Source of the DNA: a virus
Taxonomy: Duplodnaviria; Heunggongvirae; Uroviricota; Caudoviricetes
Reading direction: 5' to 3' (one strand)
DNA: 29,010 nt
IMG/VR virus record: IMGVR_UViG_2802429220_000002
Span: 1 to 29,010 of that record
The notes under the pieces are model-generated. The model was not told the origin of the DNA, searched no databases, and worked only from the letters and a program-made list of their open reading frames with translations. A program made the position numbers and the translations under genes. Positions 26,915-29,010 of the stretch are shown here, piece after piece. Every line of letters begins with the position of its first letter. Position 1 is the stretch's first letter.

Positions 26915-27989
26915 CAGTCAGTTTTATCGCCCCGGCCTCCCGCAACTTATTTCTATGATCCGGAGCGATTTATTAACCCGCTTTGAGCAGGATACGCTGC
27001 TTCGTCGTATGGATGCGGAAGTGTATGCCCGTGTACAGGCTGCAGCCGTACACACGTTATACGGGTATATCGATTATCTTGCCAGAAATCTGTTGCCGGA
27101 CATGTGTGATGAAGACTGGTTGTACCGGCACGCCAGAATCAAACGTTGCCCGCGAAAAGATGCGGTGGCAGCCCGGGGATTTGTGCGCTGGGATGGCGTA
27201 GAGGGGACGCCGGTATTGCCAGCGGGAACGCAGATCCAGCGTGATGATCAGGTGACCTTCACCACGACGGCGACGGTGACCGCAGCCGATGGTCTTCTCC
27301 GGGTGCCTGTTGTGGCAGACGAACCGGGATCGGCGGGGAATACGGATGATGGTATTGCCATGCAGCTGGGAACACCCGTCAGTGGTCTGCCGTCCACAGG
27401 GTACGCAGACACCATTACAGACGGTGAAGATATTGAAAATCTGGAAATATGGCGTGCCCGCGTTATGGAACGTTATTACTACATTCCACAGGGGGGCGCA
27501 GACCCTGATTATGTTATCTGGGCGAAAGAAGTTCAGGGTATTAACCGTGCATGGACTTTCAGACACTGGAAAGGGATTGGAACGGTTGGCGTGATGGTGG
27601 CGACAAACGATCCGGAACACCCGGCCCCGGATGAAAGCGTGATTAACGCAGTCAGGGACCACATCCTTCCTCTGGCACCTGTTGCCGGAAGCGGATTGTA
27701 TGTATTCGGTGCCACAGAAAAAGTCATCCCGATGACGATTGCGTTATCGAAAGACACACCGCAGATCAGGGCGGCAATAAAATCAGAACTGAATGCGCTG
27801 ATGTTCCGGGATGGTGTGCCGGAAGGGCGCATGTATCTGTCCAGAATCAGCGAGGCTATCAGTTTATCTGCAGGTGAGGTGGCCCATCGACTCATCGACC
27901 CTTCATCGGATATTGACCTGGGGGAAACTGAGCTTCTGGTGCTCGGGGAGATCACATGGCAGGCTTATGACCCGGTAAGGAGTAAATAA
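26907..27989 (+). CDS. baseplate J-like protein (Mu gp47-like)
   Basis: 360 aa; size and position typical of the baseplate J family. Confidence 0.8.
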   Translation: MADSQFYRPGLPQLISMIRSDLLTRFEQDTLLRRMDAEVYARVQAAAVHTLYGYIDYLARNLLPDMCDEDWLYRHARIKRCPRKDAVAARGFVRWDGVEGTPVLPAGTQIQRDDQVTFTTTATVTAADGLLRVPVVADEPGSAGNTDDGIAMQLGTPVSGLPSTGYADTITDGEDIENLEIWRARVMERYYYIPQGGADPDYVIWAKEVQGINRAWTFRHWKGIGTVGVMVATNDPEHPAPDESVINAVRDHILPLAPVAGSGLYVFGATEKVIPMTIALSKDTPQIRAAIKSELNALMFRDGVPEGRMYLSRISEAISLSAGEVAHRLIDPSSDIDLGETELLVLGEITWQAYDPVRSK

Positions 27990-28579
27990 TGGATACGTTA
28001 CAGGATGATTATACAAAATTGTTGTATGGCCTGATGCCGCCGGGACCTGCATGGTCAGATACCGACGGTGTACTTGACGGTCTGGCACCATCGCTTGTGC
28101 GTGTTCACCAGCGGGCTGATGAACTGGTGATTGAAATCGATCCCGGTCAGTCCACAGAGCTGATTGAACGTTATGAAGAATTGTATGGTTTACCTGATTC
28201 CTGTTCCCCTGTCGGAACCCAGACATTACGCCAGCGTCAGCAACGTCTTGAAGCAAAAGCCAATGTGGCTGGTGGCATAAATGAGCAGTTCTTCCTGGAT
28301 CAGCTTGAGGCGCTGGGATATACCGGCGTGACGATCGAACAGTTCCAGAATCTGGATGCAAGCCCCGATCCGGAATGGGGAGATCGCTGGCGTTATTTCT
28401 GGCGTGTGACGTTGCCGGTGGATGCCGGTGCTCAGTGGCAGACATGCACAGACGCCTGCAACACACCGATCCGGATGTGGGGGGATACGGTTGCGGAGTG
28501 CGTGATTAATAAATTATGTCCGTCACACACCGTCGTTTTATTTTCCTATCCAGACGAGGATGAAGATGCACAGGATTGA
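27989..28579 (+). CDS. tail protein (Mu gp48-like)
   Basis: 196 aa with an acidic C-terminus; sits between baseplate J and the tail fibre. Confidence 0.65.
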   Translation: MDTLQDDYTKLLYGLMPPGPAWSDTDGVLDGLAPSLVRVHQRADELVIEIDPGQSTELIERYEELYGLPDSCSPVGTQTLRQRQQRLEAKANVAGGINEQFFLDQLEALGYTGVTIEQFQNLDASPDPEWGDRWRYFWRVTLPVDAGAQWQTCTDACNTPIRMWGDTVAECVINKLCPSHTVVLFSYPDEDEDAQD

Positions 28580-29010
28580 TACGCTGACAGCGGTAAAAGA
28601 TAAGTTTGGCCCGGGCAAGAACGGATTTACTGATGGAAATCTTCGCACAGGACGTCTTGCCACCTGGCTGAACAGTGCAATGTGGGATGCCATTCAGGAG
28701 GAAATCTGTGGTGTCATTGAGAAGGCCGGGATAGAACTGAATAAAAAAGAACACGATCAGCTATATAAAGCCATATTATTACTGGTGGGTGGTGCAATTA
28801 ACGAAGAGGCATTGCTGATAAAAAATAACCTTTCGGATGTGGAAGACAAGGATGAGGCTGTTGAAAACCTCGGATTAAAACCCACGGTGGACAAGGCAAA
28901 AAATGCCGTTCAGCGTGATGGCGACACCATGACCGGGAAACTGATATTGCCTCAGACTTCTGCATTTGGTGTAAATACAGAGAATATACTGGGCGGGAAT
29001 TCACTTGCGA
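28566..29010 (+). CDS. tail fibre protein, 3' partial (runs off the window)
   Basis: ATG 28566 overlaps the gp48 end; frame open to the window end; N-terminus MHRIDTLTAVKDKFGPGKNGFTDGNLRTGRLATWLNSAMWDAIQEE resembles the conserved tail-fibre N-terminal baseplate-attachment region. Confidence 0.65.
   Translation, partial: MHRIDTLTAVKDKFGPGKNGFTDGNLRTGRLATWLNSAMWDAIQEEICGVIEKAGIELNKKEHDQLYKAILLLVGGAINEEALLIKNNLSDVEDKDEAVENLGLKPTVDKAKNAVQRDGDTMTGKLILPQTSAFGVNTENILGGNSLA

Noticed and set aside
27057-28466. Minus-strand ORFs of 201, 140 and 187 aa across the baseplate J and gp48 genes
   Set aside because: Antisense shadow ORFs with Cys/His/Arg-rich translations; the plus strand carries the conserved baseplate genes.

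Overview
This window is a contiguous stretch of a temperate tailed-phage (prophage) genome from an Enterobacteriaceae host, almost entirely + strand and densely packed. Layout, left to right: (1) a lambdoid nin-like early region of small overlapping ORFs with a hok/sok-type type I toxin-antitoxin locus, a YdfU-like DUF968 protein, RusA resolvase and a Q-type antiterminator (2..5320); (2) an accessory (moron) island in the position where Stx phages carry stx, with an AT-rich CPBP/Abi-family intramembrane protease, a small wHTH-like protein, a frameshifted DNA methyltransferase, tRNA-Thr(UGU) and tRNA-Gly(UCC), and a terminator-flanked cassette of an uncharacterised protein, a TerB-like protein and a small membrane peptide (5321..9489); (3) a lysis cassette of holin-like proteins, an M15 peptidase endolysin and a lipoprotein (9509..10743); (4) HNH endonuclease, small and large terminase, portal, prohead protease and HK97-type major capsid with head-completion genes (11276..19146); (5) a Mu-like contractile tail module running to a partial tail-fibre gene at the window end (19314..29010). 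All calls rest on reading the translations for motifs and on gene order; no database search was run, so family names are recognition-based. The most likely places for something undescribed are the moron island: the TerB-containing three-gene cassette and the CPBP/Abi membrane protease.
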